25,748 nucleotides of DNA from the IMG/VR virus record IMGVR_UViG_3300020533_000259, positions 1 through 25,748 of that record. One strand, given 5' to 3'. Both the position numbers and the translations under genes were made by a program. The notes under the pieces were generated by a model. It saw only the letters and a list, made by a program, of their open reading frames with translations. It made no database searches and had not been told where the DNA came from. This DNA comes from a virus (lineage: Duplodnaviria > Caudoviricetes). Shown piece after piece: positions 24,908-25,748 of the stretch. How positions within the stretch are numbered: position 1 is the stretch's first letter; each line of letters opens with the position of its first letter.

Positions 24908-24982
24908 ATAGGATTGGGGAAAATGGTTTAATCTTCTTAAATGGTATAAAACGGACATTTCGGGCGCCCTGGGTTTTTGTTA

Positions 24983-25012
24983 GGGCCAGTTTTACGTCTT
25001 GGCCCACGACGT
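24983..25012 (-). ncRNA. H-type pseudoknot motif, copy 3
   Basis: ACGTC-G-TGGGCCA-A-GACGT-AAAAC-TGGCCC, preceded by hairpin TTGATAG-GGGG-CTATCAA. Confidence 0.7.
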
Positions 25013-25031
25013 TGATAGCCCCCTATCAAAT

Positions 25032-25520
25032 TTAGTAGTGGTCCTCCAAAGATACTTCGTCCACATTAAGATCTGCGTCATACTCATATGAATTTAAATC
25101 AACATCAATTGTTACATTGCTTAAGTCAAAGTCATCCAACTCAGACACTGGAACATTAATAGTTCCGCTGAACGAGACGGTACCTTGAACTTCAATTTGC
25201 TTAGTTGGATTAAACCCAAAGTGTTCTATGATTGCTTGTAACACTTCTTCTTTAGTATAGTTAGGGTCATACCATTCTACAATTTGTTCCTCTAACCAAT
25301 TTATATCTAAGCGCTTTGCTGCTAATTGATCAGCATACGATCTTGATTTATGTAGTTGCCACTCAATGTCAGTAACCTTATCGGTCATGAATGTTGCTGC
25401 TGGCTCTTCACCTAGTTGCACACCATGTGAAGGTGTCAGTTCAGGTATATACTTGTAGGTCACAAGTAGGTTAGGATTATAAGAAACAGTTAACTGATCT
25501 TGTAACATTACTTCGCTCAT
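25032..25520 (-). CDS. Hypothetical protein with acidic C-terminus
   Basis: AAAGGA RBS before ATG 25520; promoter TTGCAT-N17-TATTAT upstream. Confidence 0.75.
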   Translation of the reverse strand: MSEVMLQDQLTVSYNPNLLVTYKYIPELTPSHGVQLGEEPAATFMTDKVTDIEWQLHKSRSYADQLAAKRLDINWLEEQIVEWYDPNYTKEEVLQAIIEHFGFNPTKQIEVQGTVSFSGTINVPVSELDDFDLSNVTIDVDLNSYEYDADLNVDEVSLEDHY

Positions 25521-25606
25521 TAGGGGTTCCTTTTCTGTTAATACAATAATATCACCAAGATTGTGGAAATGCAAATGCCGTTCTTAATTAGTCTCACATA
25601 ATGAGA

Positions 25607-25622
25607 TGTGATTTAGATCACT
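25607..25622. promoter_or_regulatory. CRP-like palindrome TGTGA-N6-TCACT
   Basis: One mismatch from consensus; adjacent to a TCTCA-N5-TGAGA palindrome (25592-25606). Confidence 0.55.
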
Positions 25623-25650
25623 GCGCCCTGGGCGGCGGGGCATTAAAAAA

Positions 25651-25680
25651 TGAGCAGTTTAGAACTCATGCTCAGGAGTC
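25651..25680 (-). ncRNA. H-type pseudoknot motif, copy 4
   Basis: GACTC-C-TGAGCA-T-GAGTT-CTAAAC-TGCTCA followed by T6; long hairpin upstream (25681-25729). Confidence 0.7.
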
Positions 25681-25748
25681 TTATCTCAGGAATAACTTAG
25701 CAATTAAGCCAAGTGCTTATCAGAGATAAATTATTTAGTTGTGCTTAC

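Noticed and set aside
1-25748. Stop-codon reassignment, intron/intein, integrase, reverse transcriptase or transposase
   Set aside because: Genes tile densely under the standard code with TAA, TAG and TGA all used as stops; no suppressor tRNA and no such motifs recognised.

Overview
AT-rich 25.7-kb segment of a large tailed-phage genome, very likely infecting low-GC freshwater Actinobacteria (WhiB, an actinobacterial Zn-binding protein, pervasive leaderless TANNNT-N6-ATG starts). Left arm (+, 1-9035): subtilase fragment, tRNA-Gly/tRNA-Glu, Hsp20 with a ROSE-like 5' UTR, thermonuclease, thioredoxin, SLOG protein, WhiB, sulfotransferase, APS-kinase/HIGH-nucleotidyltransferase fusion, DUF2061, SsuD-like monooxygenase, XapX-like and holin-like membrane proteins. 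Middle (9084-19510): glycosyltransferase/methyltransferase/Stealth-like cluster, microproteins, a second SsuD-like gene, and 2OG-Fe(II) and TauD-like dioxygenases. Right arm (-, 19588-25748): small early-type genes with strong SigA promoters, tRNA-Asp, DUF932, and a motif-rich mostly non-coding region. The most notable unexplained signals are (i) four covarying copies of a compact H-type pseudoknot right after stop codons, (ii) an MraZ-box-like 10-bp-phased repeat plus CRP-like palindromes in intergenic DNA, and (iii) a sulfur-centred enzyme set with a candidate minimal PAPS synthase. All family calls come from motifs recognised by eye; no database searches were run.
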